Assembly (NCBI RefSeq): GCF_000485595.1
Contig: NW_014577062.1
Coordinates: forward strand, 950,012-1,014,011
Direction of reading: 5' to 3'
DNA from: Priapulus caudatus
Taxonomy: Eukaryota
DNA: 64,000 bases
The stretch's first letter is position 1, and each line of letters begins with the position of its first letter. Position numbers and translations under genes: made by a program. Shown piece by piece: positions 39,994 to 54,900 of this stretch. A model generated the notes under the pieces. It searched no databases and had not been told where the DNA came from. It saw only the letters and a program-made list of their open reading frames with translations.

Positions 39994-42208
39994 ATGGCGG
40001 AAGCATTAGCGATTGAAGGTAAATATATATTGGCTTATGTATATGAAATTATATGTAAAACCTTGCGAATCTAGTCTAAGCAAGTATATGGCAATGTAGA
40101 CCTTATCATCTCATTGACCTTCTCTATTATTTTAGTCAATTACATCTTATTTAAACTGTAGAGTTGATTTTAAATAATAGTATTTAATTTGTGTAGGTAT
40201 ATTGTATTAACAACCTTATTTTACCTGTAAATTTGGACATATCTCTTTAATAAATTCATTACCTGATATTTTTGCAGTAGAAAATACATAGTGGATTAAA
40301 GCTAACCATAATGGTGAAACCCTTATTAGTGTATAGATTGACCTTAAAAATACATTCGTGCTTGTGGATGTTTGTAGGTGATGCGCCGGGTAACAATGAT
40401 AATGATGAGCCAGGATCACCAGTGTTACTAGCTGATCCTAATGTTGGCCAAGCTACACAAGCAGATCCTTCCAGTAAAGCCAGCTCAACCGCTAAGGGAG
40501 CATGCAGGCATTTCACGGCACACGGAAAGTGTCGATTTGGAAAGCACTGCAGGTACCCCCACATCAAAGCGGAACCTAGTTTGGATGAAGCAAGAGCAGT
40601 TTTTTGGAATTCAGAGGAAACATTACCGCTAGACACAACACATGCTCACGTAGGCACAGACTCTCTGCATTCGCCAGCCCAAGAGGAGGAGAATGTCAGT
40701 GATGACAGTCCTGCTGTGCGTAATCCAAATAACAGCGGCTCTAATAAAACGAGAGGGGTATGCAAAATTTTCAGCCAGAGTGGAAAATGCAGGTTTGGCT
40801 CAGATTGTCGTTACAGCCACATGACAACCGACGGTCTGAATCGAGATGGTTCCATGCCCTTGAAAAAATGTAAACGTGAGCAGGAGAAAAAGAGTAATGA
40901 TGGCGTTGTTGCTTCGAGCGATCAAGTGGGTGTTGAAGTTGCCAGCAGTGTAAAAGTAAAGAGCGGAAGTAGAATGAACGAGAAGGACAAGAAATTGTGC
41001 CGATATTTCCAACGAGGACGATGCTATTCTGGCCAGCGCTGTGCTTTCCTACACAAGCGTCCACCAAGTTATATTGAAAAGGAGAGCCAAAAAGACGTGC
41101 CGGCAGTAAGGGAACAGCCTGAGAGCAGTGTTGAATCGGTGGAAGGAAAGCCAGTCAGTGAAGCACCTACAATTGAAGTTGAAACTCCTGCCATGCAGCA
41201 GATGGATGCTTGTGAAGTGCACCCTCCACAGATGGAAGGAGATCATGCTAGACATGACCAGGCAGCTCGTCCTATCTCAAAGCGACAAGAACTTCACATA
41301 CAGGTATAGTTTAAAACCAATCAAGGTAGAGATGCACCTGTCTAAAACCAACATTGGCAAGCAGTTTGTTTGCGGAGCAAAAAGAAATGGAATGTTAGTG
41401 TCTTGTTTTTAGCATTTTTCCCATTGCTGAGAATGTTAAATATCACAAGATTGAAAGTTTGTTTTAGTGCATAGTGTTTCAAGTATTGTAAGTTTTCATC
41501 GTTGATGAGTGGCAAGTTAAAAAAAAACTTAATCTTCTATGAGAGTTTTGCATCCTAATATAATTCAAAGTCGCAATGTTACTACATGATGTGGTGTGCG
41601 AAATGTTTATAGTAAACCGGCTTAGCCAGAACAATGGCGAGAGAATATTTATGTTGAATAATTATGTTATTTCTCAACAGGATTTGACGGAAGAAGACTT
41701 TACAAACCTTCGCAAGACAGAAATTACGCAGCTGCTGAAGCACTTTCCAAAGGGAAGGCTGGCTGTGGAGGAGATGGGTGGAGGAAGGACATACTACAGA
41801 CTGCAGATATCACCCACAGATCCTGATTGGGTAGGAATAGGAAATCATCCGGTAGTGATTCACCTGTGGTATAAAAATCTATATAATCTGCATTTTCTGT
41901 CGACTAAATTATCTGCATAATTATTACGCGTCTGTGTCTGTCAGCATTTGCTGTAGTTTGTTTCTGTCATCTAGACCGATTTACATCTATATTGTTATTT
42001 CTTAAAGCCATATGACATGCAAGTTGTGGAGCTCTTACTATGGTTTCCAGATGATTACCCTAGGAAAGTAAGTGAATATTTTATTATATAGACATTCAGA
42101 ACGACTACATCTAAAAAGCTAAACACAATATGCACCCATACTGAATTCGTAATCAGCATAACAATGATACATGTTTTTGTGTATTGTATAAGAATATAAT
42201 AGCCCACA

Positions 42209-42249
<41 letters not shown>

Positions 42250-45200
42250 CAGGAGTAGATAATAAGGAAGGAGTGTGACTTCAATAAACAAGGGAAATTC
42301 GTCATTTACTAGTCTTAGAATACCTACGATTTACTACGCGTAACTCAACCAACTTGAGCTCAAATCGTACACAGTACATTCGCCCAGCATCGTGCGAAAT
42401 CGTTTCCTCATATACACCCATGATCCGGAGATACAGACTAAAACGTACGACATGATTATCCATTCTGTTGCCATCAATCCGAATGTATTGTCCGCCTGAC
42501 TTGAAACAAAGGGCAGCTACTAACGCTCGGCGATGCGGTGTGGCTCGCTGGGAGATTGGATCTGGAGCTGCTGCTGATTGCGGTGGGCGTGCGTGCGTAG
42601 GGCGCTACCGGCTGTATGGCGGTTATGCCGGTATGTACTGTATGCCGGGTCAAAGGTTATTCTCGCCGAGTTGTCAGTTCGACGCCCATGCGTCGAATAT
42701 CCAATCTCCCAGCGAGCCACACAGCCATCGCGAGCGTCTGGCGAGAGTATGAGTCGTCTGCGCGCGTTACTCTGTTGTTGTCAAGTCAGCGGTACCGCCG
42801 CGGCGAGATGCGGCTCGATATAGCATCTGGGACTGTTGGGTGGGCACAGAATGAATAATCGATTGTCGTACGTTTTAGTCCAGCATCTCCGGGATCCGGG
42901 TGTATATGACGGAAACGGATTTTGTACGATTGCTGAGGCGAATGTAGCTGTGTCCGATTTTGAGGTCGAGTTGGGTGAGACTCTGTAGTAAATCGTAGGT
43001 ATTCTTATCGGCTAGTAAATGACGAATATTCCCTTGTTTATTTGAAGTCCCACTCCTTTCCTTATTTATCTATCCTGTTATATATATATATATATATTAT
43101 ATATATATATATATATATAATATATGTGTGTGCTGTGTGTGCACTTGTGCCTATATATATATTTATGTGTGAGCTTACTTCGTCAAGAAACACCCATTGC
43201 TTTTACAGGAATTTAATGTGGAAATTTTGCCAGACCTCCAGGGGGAACAACAGATGCCAACTTTGACAGCCAGGTATATGAGGTTCTTATTAAAAGAAGA
43301 ACCAATTTGCATATATTTGTATTACACATACGCGCACGCACACGTTCACACACACACACATGCACACGCACAGACACACGCACATGCACATGCACACACA
43401 CATACACACCCACACCCACACCCACACCCACACACATAGCTAAAACTACATGACTACTGGTAATACTAGTACTTTTTGATGTTGCTGATATTTCTCCTGG
43501 GCAAACATAATATTTTGGTGAGTAGTAATGTACGTAACTATTTTTCTTGAAGATACATGACAGATAAAGTACAACAGTGGCTATCAGAAAGGGTATTAAC
43601 TAATCAAGAAACAGGCAAGGTAGAGTTAATACTGAGGCTATTTCTACGCTGGTTTGACCGAAGTCTTGAGGATCTTGTCACGCAGGGGTTAAAACAAGTA
43701 GGTGTAATATGCATTAACCATGTGTTTGATAACCAAATGGTCTTACAAAGTACCACGTTTTTTCAAGAGAAAAGATTGGCTTGTTACAGTTATGTCATGC
43801 ATAGACAATAAACTGTACGTGTATTTAATAGCCAAACAATTCTACAACGCACCATGCGTTTTCAAGAGGTGCCTACCTATTGAGGACTCGTAACCTGTGA
43901 GCTGTCATAATCTGAGGAATGTCCCTCATAATTGAATTATCAGTAGGTATACCTATGACAGCTCACATTGCACATTTGTCTGTCTTCAACCAGGTGAAGT
44001 TGGACATGGATGCCAAGGCTGCTGGCATTGAGGCCGTACCGTGGCAGAAACTGGTTGGCTCTCAGTCAACAGACACTGGCGCCATCTCTCAGAGCCAGGA
44101 AGAGGATGATGAAAAGCACCTGTCTGATGGAACAGCACCGTCGGCAGAAGGCGGGGACTGGAGGAGGGAGGGGCATGTTGCTATTTTGGCTGGCAACAGA
44201 GATGACAATAGTAGAACAGAGGACAAGGTGCACATGGATTTAGGTACTAGTATTTATTTTTATTCCAGTATCATTTTACGTAAATCTACATAGTATTGTT
44301 CAGCTGATTCGATTCTATCATGGTCTTGTAATGTAGAATAACTCCAGGGTGCGAAATTAATGGGAGTCTGGAGTCAAATACTCTCCGATTTAATGTCGTA
44401 CTCCCTGATTTGACATATGCAGGAGTCCGTGTGACTCCCTGAAAATTTTGCCATACTAACTGCAATCATAACTAGTTCGTTCCGGAGCACGGCTTTGTGG
44501 AATTACTATATTTTTTCAGATAATGTCCAAAGAAAATTTGGCAGGCGTGCAACCGCATGAATCTTAAAAATAAGCACATGCGTTATTGTTAATATCTTTA
44601 ATTTTGAACCTCAGACTGCGGATTCTCTCATTTTTTCTGCGGACTCCCTTTTTTTGAGGGTAGGGGTTGGACTCTTGTGTTCAAAAGTTAATTTCTACCC
44701 CTGAACTCTAATAATTGCATCAACATGGTTATCTTTAGCAGAACAAAAATCTGGTCGAAGTGAGAAGGAGAATATGCGACCTTTAACTAAAGCCGATACG
44801 ATGCCCAAGGGAACCCAAGTCAAGCTGAGCCGTTTTGAATTGAGCGAGACAGTAGCCACTATCATTATACAGAAGGTTAGAGCTGCATGTAATACCTAGC
44901 TATAGGATCATAGTCACTCTACGTCAACAAGTCTATAACTATTCTCAAGAAATTAACTCATTTAGCTTTTTCTACATGTGCATTTTGATGGTCAGAGAAA
45001 TGATGTAATCATTTACCGTTGTTAAAGTGATAAGTTCAAAAGCTGCAAAAATGGAGAAGTTAAATGTATCTTTATCGATAATCAGTACTAGCAAGAGTAG
45101 GTTGTTTGGTAGTTTTAACAAGGGTTTGTAGTATATCTGAGTTCATATATGCAACTGGCATATCACTGGTGCTGCGTGTGCGCGTGTCTGTGTCTGTGTG

Positions 45201-48200
45201 TGCGTGATTTTGTGCGTGCGAACGTCTGACCTCGCAGCAAGTGAATCGTTTACATGTTTTCCTGCCTCCGTCAGGTTGTGCTGGTGCTGCGGTGCGCGCG
45301 CTGCAAGGGCCAGCAGCCGCTGAGCACGCCCGCTCGCAGGAAGAATGTCATCACGTGTCAGAAGTGCAGCCAGCAGCTGATCGCGGTGTTCCGGCCGAGC
45401 ATCGTGCACCAGTACTCGCCCGTGCTCGGTCACCTTGACCTAGACAACTGCGTGCCCTTCGACATGGTGCTAGTTGACTGCGAGTTTCTGCTGTGTTGCC
45501 TCGAGTGCTCCAAGCAGATGACGATATCGGTGAGTGCCCCCGACCAACCGGCCGGCCCATTCGGCATGTTGCATCCAGTTGCTTTGTCGACTGGGTGAAT
45601 TGATTTAAAGCGATTGTCGTCGTTGGTTATCTGAGAGATCTGCGATTAACAGATAAAGGTGCTATATGCTGCAGTACTATTTTCCACTCAAATATCATTG
45701 GAATTTGTTAGGTCATGGGGATATTGCGTGGTTTCGGTGTTGTTTCTTATTGCTATTGTTATTATCACTGTCAGCAGTGGTGCAACCTTGACCATAAGTT
45801 TGTGCTTTTTATATAGGGTTTACATTTTGGTCAAAATAAAGACACCTGGTGTCACCATTGCCATACCAAGATGACAGTTATGTTCGAGACAGTGAAATAT
45901 CAGAAACTTCAGCCAGGAGAAATTACAGGTAGGTCATGTGTTAAATTACATAATCACGTTGTCGCTCAGGTCAGGATGTCATAGGGTAAGTATTATATCT
46001 GGTAATGTCTAATAAATTATGCAATACAATTACGCTTATGTAAAAAACAAGTATACATATTGTATAACACGTATATAACTTGTATATTATAATATTGTAT
46101 AACTCTGGTTGATAATATATGCAATTCATCACCACAAAAGTTTAATTCTATCAATGTACTCTGTTAGCAGATTAAATTTTGAACCAATTTGGTTTCAGTT
46201 TACTTACATTTAGTCCTTGCCACTAACATTGCCGGTGAATATCTGTGTGGAACTGATAGTATTACTAATAATACTCAGAAAATAGGACGTAGAAGAGTAA
46301 TAAATATATTATATACCAGGAACAAATATATATATATATCAAGAGCTAATAATACCTAGAGTGTACAACGGAAAAACGGGAAAATAGTGCTATTTCACGA
46401 CAACATTATTCTACTTTGCCTGCGAGTGTATAATAATTTCATGGTATTGCATTAAGCAGAATTATTTCTTCTCTCGCATGACGGTGCCACATGCGTCACA
46501 TTATTAACTTATTAACTGCCCCGTGCGTCGGACACCACGCGGATCATCTCATAGCGCTCCCCTCTCGGTTGAAGTTTCTTCTCTCGCATGACGGGGCGTC
46601 ACCTTATTAACTTATTAACTGCCCCGCGCGTCCGACACCACGCGGCTCATCTTGCGTCGGCTGATGGCGACCAGCTTGAGCAGCTGCGCCATGAAGTTGC
46701 GGTTGAGCAGGCAGTAGATGAGGAAGTTCGTCGACGCGCCGACGACCTCGGCCGAGTTCCACAGCGCGACCATGATGAGGTAGAGCTCGCTGCCGTCGCA
46801 CAGCGTCGCCGGGTTCATGACGAGCGCGGTGTTGACGAGCGCGCTCACGCCGGCCACCATCTGCGTGAAGAGCGACGCCGACACGACGACGAGCAGCATC
46901 GCCGTCAGGCGGCGCTCGTTGTACGCCGTCGGCGGCGCCGACGCGACGCTCCGCGCCTCGGCGTGCACTCGCTGCGAGCGGCGGAAGCGCGCCAGCAGCA
47001 GGCCGCTGAAGAGCGCCGTCGCGCACCACGGCAGCACGTGCACGAGCGCCGTGCGCGCAAACGTGTAGCCGACGTAGCCGTGGCTGCACGCGAACTCCGT
47101 GTGCATGTAGATGCCGCTGCACATCGCCGCCGCGTCGTCGCTGGCGTTCGCCGGCGGGCAGCAGCTGGCGGCTGTCGTCTCGCTGTCCGGGTACGTGCAG
47201 ATGAAGTTGAAGGGCACGTGGAAGACGACGGCGACGAGCGTCAGCACGCCGACGACGGCCGCCGCCGACCGGCGCCGACACCAGAGCTTGGCGCGGAACG
47301 GGAAACGCGTGAACACGTAGCGCTCGACGGTGACGGCCGTCACGGTCCAGATGCTGAGCGCGGCGAGCGCGTTATTCAGCATCATCATCACGCGGCACTC
47401 GTACGTCACCTGCACGCGCGTCGGGCAGGGCTTCACCCGCGCGTGCAGCAGCACGGTGTTGAGCAGCATCGGCGCGGTCGTGGCGAGGAAGAGCCCGTCG
47501 ATGGCGGCCAGCGCCAGCAGGTAGATGTAGGAGGAGCGCGCCGTGAGCTTCGACGCGACGAGCACGACCATCGTCAGGCAGTTGCCGACGAAGCCGAGCG
47601 TGGCGAAGATGAACAGCGTCGAGTAGATGCCCACGTACTCTCGCCTGCCCGAGATCCAAGCCTCCGCCATCGCCAGCGGCAGCGGCAGCGACACCTGCCG
47701 TTCACCAGCGTCGACGCAGCCTCACACGAGAGGGCGTAAACATCGGTGATAAAACTTCAATCATATACTACATCAAAAGCACTATGTTTATGTGCTGTAA
47801 ACTGCATGTACGACAGTTTTACGTGCTTTTAACCACGTGGATCAGCAATACTGCACAGATTGTTGCAGGCATGTGCTGTGATTCGACAGCCAACTCTTTC
47901 GGGTGCAGCTTAGCAGTCTCACCTTGTAAATCTTGAAACTATGCAAATGCGGCATTGCAAAATGAGTAAATCTAACTATATATGTGTAAACACGAGAGCA
48001 TTTATATCGTATAAGACTCCTCAGTTCTACATATAAACATGCAAAAATGTGAAATATGTGCAGATGATAATTCTTTCACATTAGTTGCGATAAACTTGCT
48101 ACACAGTCACACTCTCGTCATGCATTTTTCATTGACTTCATAGGAGAAGGTCCAGTGCACACGGTGGGACCCAAGAAACAGAAGAAGCCAACAGACGTAA

Positions 48201-51200
48201 TCATAAAAGAAGGACAACCACTCCCCGATAATGGCACATGTAAACATTACAAGAAGAGCTTCCGCTGGTTAAGGTAGGATGCATTCAAGCATTGCTATTC
48301 TAGTTCTGAATTTTATTCCTTGTATGTTGTCCAACAAAATCGTGAGAGAAATTCTTGTGATTCGCTGACTGGTTTCTATGCTCCCTGTAATACCTTGAGC
48401 TGTTAATGACAGCAGAAGGTGGTATCACAATCAACGTGTGATTTGTGATTTATACGGAGCTTTATTAGAGTGGCGTTTATTAATCCGCATTCTCCAATCT
48501 GAAAAGTGTTTGTTCAGCATTTATCGTGTACTTGGGCAGGTGACGCTCATAACTTAAAATGCCTGCCTGCTTACCTTGGCAGTAATTATGCCGATAAATC
48601 ACGATAGGGTTTATAGTGCGAACAGCTGTGGCGACAAAAATGTGGTACGGGTATATTGTGTGAGATTAAGCTAGAAAATGGGAGGAAAGCTAGCTTGTTT
48701 GTTTCATATTCCTGTGATGTGTCCCTTTCTGTGACAAATTGCAACTATCATCCCGAATAATAGCCTTGTCTTAAGTGGACGTGACATCTGTTGACAATTA
48801 CACGTACCTGCCTCACCTTGTGTTATGGTTCCTAAAGAAAAAATATTAGAGCGATCATTGCAAGTCAATGCACATGGAAATGATTTCGTGTGTGCATATC
48901 ATTTAGAATAATATCACCAGCACAAAATCTTTTATCCCAAACGATAAAAACATACGCGAACGAAAATGAACACATAAATGCCGAGACTCGGGTTCTCCTT
49001 GCGCTATAGCTACACGCGATAATAGCCAAGTAAGTATTGTATGTAACTGGACGCCGGTTGCTTGGGAGTTGGCAAGCGGTTGTAGGTGTGTAGCCTAGCT
49101 GTGTGTGTAAAGTTGTACTAAAGACTAGTCATCATTCCATACCGTATCTGCGGCTGCTATAGATTGGTTTGAGACCGTGCAAAGGAACATCACAAGAGCT
49201 ACCTCTCGCAATACAGCATAAGCTTCGAGGATTGCTCACGATGGCATCACTTGGTTGCTAGCGGGGCAGTTGAGCATCGGCCTCGCAGTAGGGAGCGGCG
49301 TGCTCAGCTGCACGTTGACGGTCGGGCGCGAGCGCACGTCGTCACCGCCGCTCGGCGACCGGACGGCGATCGCGGCGACGCTACGCTGCTGCTGCGACTC
49401 GCTCTGCAGCGGCGTGGCGGCGCGCGTGCAGCCGCAGTACGGCCGCAGCGCGCTCATGAAGTTGCGGTTGAGCAGGCAGTAGAGAAAGAAGTTGGCGCAG
49501 GTGCCGAGCGTCTCGCACATGTTCTCGACGAGCGTGAGCGTGTTGCGCAGTTGGTCGTTGCTGACGCCGATACCGTGATTCGTCACCGCCGACGCCATGT
49601 TGAAGAGCAGGCTCTCGAAGACGACGGCGATCAGCATGACGGTGAGCCGCACGTCAGACCGCCGGGTGGCGCCACCTGTCTTCTTCGAGCGGCGCACGTT
49701 GGCGAGCAGCAGCGAGTTGAAGACGACAAGCGCGAGGAGCGGCGCTGCCTGCATGAGCACGACGCGCGACCAGCGGTAGCGCTCGTACGCGCACGTCATC
49801 ACGAACGTCGTGTGGTTGGCGATGAAGCACTCTCCGGCGTCCGTCGTCGCCGCCGCGGGAACGCGCATCAGGTAGAACGGCGTGTGGAAGACGAGCGTCG
49901 CCGCCGCCGTCGCCGCCATGATGGCCCAGGCGACCGCCGGCGTGCAGTAGGGCCGCGACGTGACGGGGAACTGCGTGAATGCGTACCGCTCGGCGGCGAC
50001 GATCGTCACGAGGAGGATGCTGAATCCGGCGATGGCGTTACCGAAGGGCATCGTGACGTAGGCGAACAGCGACGCATACCAGCGGCCCATGCAGTGGCCG
50101 CTGTACGCCAGCGCGCGACCGACGCTCGTCGGCAGCATGACCACGCAGTAGGCGGCGTCGGAGAGCGCGAGGCCCGTCAGGTAGGCGTAGGACGAGACGC
50201 GGCGCAGCTTGGCCGAGCGCAGCAGCACGGTGGCCGTCAGACCGTTGCAGACGAGACCGAACACGCACAGCACGGCGATGACCGAGTACACGATGACGGA
50301 CTCCGGCGATAGCACAGTGGCGCCACCGCTGCTGGCGGGGTCATTGCCTCTCTCACCGCTCGCCGCAGCCATGTTGTTGTCTCTCCACTTTGCACACTGG
50401 ATCGCTACACCACACCAGTTACCTTCACGGCAACACTCTTATCTCTACACGCTGCACCGAATCTCTCTTTACACTGCTCTCGATCTCTCTAGACTATACT
50501 GGAACTCCCTAGAATGCAATGGATTTCTTCACTCTATGCTTGATCTTCTTTGCTCACGACACTGAATCCCTCTACACTACACTGGTTCTCTTGAGTCTTT
50601 GCACTACGCTTGGTCTATCTACACTGCTCCGGAACTGTGTGCACTACACTAGATCTTCTTTCCACATTTCACTGGATATCTCCACACGACACTGAATCTC
50701 TCTCCCCACAATGCAAGACGATGACGGCGACGACGGCACTGGATCTTTCTACACGGCTTCTCCAACCTGCTTTATCTTCCCTTCTTTCGTAGATAACTGG
50801 CTCGCTGTCTCTGCGAGCGAGGAATGCAACTGCGTGTACTGTGTGCAATGTAGCCTACCTGGTGTGAGAGTGGGATTGAAGATGAGGTTTGGGCCGGGCG
50901 CGTCGAGTCTTGTGCGATTTTCGCTACGCAGAGGGCGTTTCGGACGCCTTGCCACGTACCTTCGTGCTGTGATGCGCGGCGCGAATGCCAGATGGCAGCT
51001 TCGCATAGCCGAGCATGTCGGCAAACACGGGTGCGCGCCGATGGCCTTCACAGCTGAAGCACACTCACTCACCGCAGCCTCTCGTTCACGCCTATACTAA
51101 ATCATCTGTACCTGCTGGCGGCAGGGACATAAACGCGAGCCCACCGCGTTATGCAGCGTGTTGCTGCCTGCCTGCCTGCCTGCCTGGCTGGTTGGCTGCC

Positions 51201-51839
51201 CGCCTGCTTGCCCGCCTGTCTGTCGGCCCGCCCGCCTGCCTGCCTGTTTGTCGGCCTGCCTGGCTGCCTACTCGCCTGCCTGCCAGCCTGCTTGCCTGCC
51301 AGCCTGCCTGCCTGCCTGCCAGCCTGCCTGCTTGGACCAGCGGTGAAAAAATAAGAGATAGAAAGCCTGCCCTGCTGCCAGCGCTGCCTGCCAGCACTGC
51401 CTGCTCAGCGCTGCCTGCCTGCCAGCCTGTGCCCTGCCTGCCAGCCTGCCGCCATCCTGCCTGCCTGCCAGCCTGCCTGCCAGCCTGCTGCCAGCGCTGC
51501 GTGCCTGCAGCCTGCTGCCTAGCCTACCTGTCCGCCTGCCCATGCCTGCCTGCCCGCCTGCTTGCCTGCTACCTGCCTGCCCTGCCTGCCTGCTTAACCT
51601 GCCTGCCTGCCTGCCTTTTGCCAGCACTGCCTGCCTGCCATATAGAATGCCTAGCCTGCGCGCACTTGCCTGGCCTACCTGTCCGCCCTGCCTGCCTGCC
51701 GCGTGCCGCGTTGCTTGCATGCGAGCAATGCAGGTACGCGAGCTGTTGGAAGATCCTTTAACAGTATACATATATAATCATAGATGTGTGTGTTGTGTGT
51801 GTGTGTGTGTGTGTGTGTGTTGTGTGTGTTCGTGTGTTT

Positions 51840-51878
<39 letters not shown>

Positions 51879-51925
51879 TTGTGGTTTGTGTGTGTGTTGT
51901 GTGTGGTGTGTGTGTGTGTGTGTTT

Positions 51926-51974
<49 letters not shown>

Positions 51975-54900
51975 CGTGCGTCGCGTGCGTCGCGTGTCGT
52001 GTTGTGTTGTGCCAGTCTTGTAGGCGTATGATCATCACAGCAAGCGAGCTACAAGTCTGTGAACATATTAAATCGACTTTAATTAAGGCTTAAGATTGGG
52101 GCCCGCGAATATTTTAGTGAATTATGGCTACTGGACATCACAACCCGTAGAGCACTTGGCGTACTGTTGACATATATACGCGAATGTAGAATCGGTAAGT
52201 GCATGAAGTTAAAATCAACAAATCGGAGTTTGAGTAGTGGCATGGCTGCCAGATCCGAGTTTTGCTCTGTTTTGTCCGCCGTATCAGGACAAAATACCCC
52301 CCGGACAATTCACACCTCGACCGGACAATTAGGCGTCTCCGGAACAATTATCCCCGCATATCACATCACACATCAGAGACAATGTACGCCCCCGTCATCA
52401 CCCCCCGGACAATTAGGACCCCGGACATTTACCCGACATTAAAACCGGATAATTTACGCCCCCGGGACATTTACCCCCTGGACATTTTACGATCCGACAT
52501 TTACGCCCCCCCCCCGCACAATCACACCCCCCGGACATATTACCCCCCCGCAGAAATTACCCCCGAATAACAAGTTTACACAGCCCGGACATCTAAGAAC
52601 TTACACTCACGTAATTGAGTAAGCACTAGAGGAACGACATTATGTTTTTGATATGTGAGATAGATATAGATTATTAGAAGGCACGACAGCCTAAACTTGG
52701 ATCAAAGCTTGTGTGACTTAATTATTTTCCAGTAACTTGTATAGAGCGTGCGGCGGCTTACCTCCTGTGTCAGTCGGCTACATGGGCAGTTAAATAGATA
52801 TTATATCACCGCACAGACATCATATTTATATATGCATGAAGATTACAGTTTATACTGCGATCTCGTGATAGCTAAGTAAGTTCTCATTACATATGATAGT
52901 GGGAGCGTATATGCTAACAAAAGATCAGAGATAGATATTCATGCTGAAAATAATATATAGATAGAACGCGTGATACGCGTGATATAAGCTGCGTTCACAC
53001 GAAGGAGAAAGTTGCGTTCACGACGCTAAAATATACGCGTTGCTTACAGCGGCTTGCTTAGCCGCGAATCTTCCGGCTTGCTAAGCGCGGAATCATATTC
53101 CGCGCCAAAACTAAGCCGCGTAAATATTCGCACCAACGCTGGCCGGTATTGATTGTCGTGTGAACGTTGTGTTAGCTGCAAGACGTTAGGGTACGATATG
53201 ACTTAGAAGGGTACCAGTGCTAATTTATCACCGCGGCGCTAGCTAAGCCCTCGAATCTGCGTGTATCTCCGTAGTGACGCATTTAACAGCGCGTTAGGCA
53301 CCAACTAACTAGGGTACCAGCGAAGCGTGTATACGTGTGAAGCGCAGCTATAGCTAGGGTTGTGCTGGGTACAAAAGGGCCAGGACCGACTGCGTATGCA
53401 GTTCAGTGATGTTAATGTTAACTGAATTACGTAATGTATACACAAATGGCGAGCGGCGACGCAATCACAACCGCATGCACGAACGCAGGAATCGACAAAC
53501 AGACAGACAAACCACACACACGCACACGTCCGCACGCACGCACGCGAGGGATACAATGCAACGAACGCTCACGCACACCAGACATACAAACACAACACAC
53601 ACACATGCCACACAGCACAACACCACACACACACACACACACATCAGCAACACTCCACAGCACACACACAACACAAACACACGCACACACACATACACGC
53701 ACACGCGCGCGCGCGCGCGTACAAAACACACACGCACGCACGCACGCACGCACGCACGCACACATACAAATTTAAATATTTATATACGCCGGCATGCTCA
53801 CGTGAATGCTCATAATACACCTGCACGCACGCGCGCACGCACGCACGCACGCACGCACGCGCGTGCTTTCAGTTTGCGTGTTGCCGTATATCCATGCAGC
53901 CATCTACAGTGATCACTACTGATCAGTACTAATGCACGATCACGTTGCCCCGGGTGTCCGCCTGCTCGTCGTCGTGGCTGTCGTGCTGCGACGACAGGCT
54001 GTTGCGCGTACCGCTGTCTGCCCGCACTGTCGCCACCACCACCGTGTCGGACACGGGCACGACCGTGCCGTCGGCGCCGCCGCCGCCGCCGCACGCGCCG
54101 CACACGTTGCGCAGGTGTTGCGCGAAGTTACGGTTCAGCGCGACGTAGACGAAGAAGTTGAGGCAGGCGTTGAGCGTCTCGCAGCCGTTGTTCGCCATCG
54201 CGACATACTCGCTTGCCGGCGTCGTGTAGAAGTCGTCGGCGCCGCCGCCGAAGACGACGCGCGACTGGCCGTGGGCGGTGAGCGCCATGATCGTGTAGAA
54301 GACGAGCGACTCGACAACGATGGCCGCCAGCATCGCCGTCAGTCGGTTCTCAGCGTCGCGCGACCTCCGCCGCGGGCTCGCCGGCGTCGCTACGCCGCCA
54401 GGGGGCGGCACCCCCACGCGGCCGAGCCGACGGACACTGCAGACGAGCAGCGCGCTGAAGACGGCGATGGTGGCGATGGGCAGCGCCTGGAAGAGCGCGA
54501 CGCGCGTCCAGCGGTAGATGATGTAATTGTCGCTGTCCGTGAACGCCGTGTAGAGGAACTCGTAACAGCCTGCGGAGCAGTTCGACTGCGACTCGCCTTC
54601 GCCGACCTCGAACATGAAAAAGTAGGGGACGTGCAGGGCGATGCCGGCGGCGACGAGGACGGCCAGCACGCGGCGGGCGACGCCTGGCGTGCAATACGCC
54701 TTGCAGGCGACCGGGTACTTGACGTACGCGTAGCGCTCGACGGCGACCGTCGTCGTCGTCCACGTCGCCAGGCCGACGAACGTGTTGGCCATCGGCAGCG
54801 CGACGTAGACGAGGTAGACGACCATCGCACGTCGCTTGCAGCTGGCGTCGAGGAGGCCGACGTGCGTCGCCGCCTTGTCGGCGTGCACGAGGAAGATGAT

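Noticed and set aside
51015..53912. ORFs rich in LPAC, CV and HT repeats
   Set aside because: Translations of (CCTG)n, (GT)n and (CA)n microsatellites.
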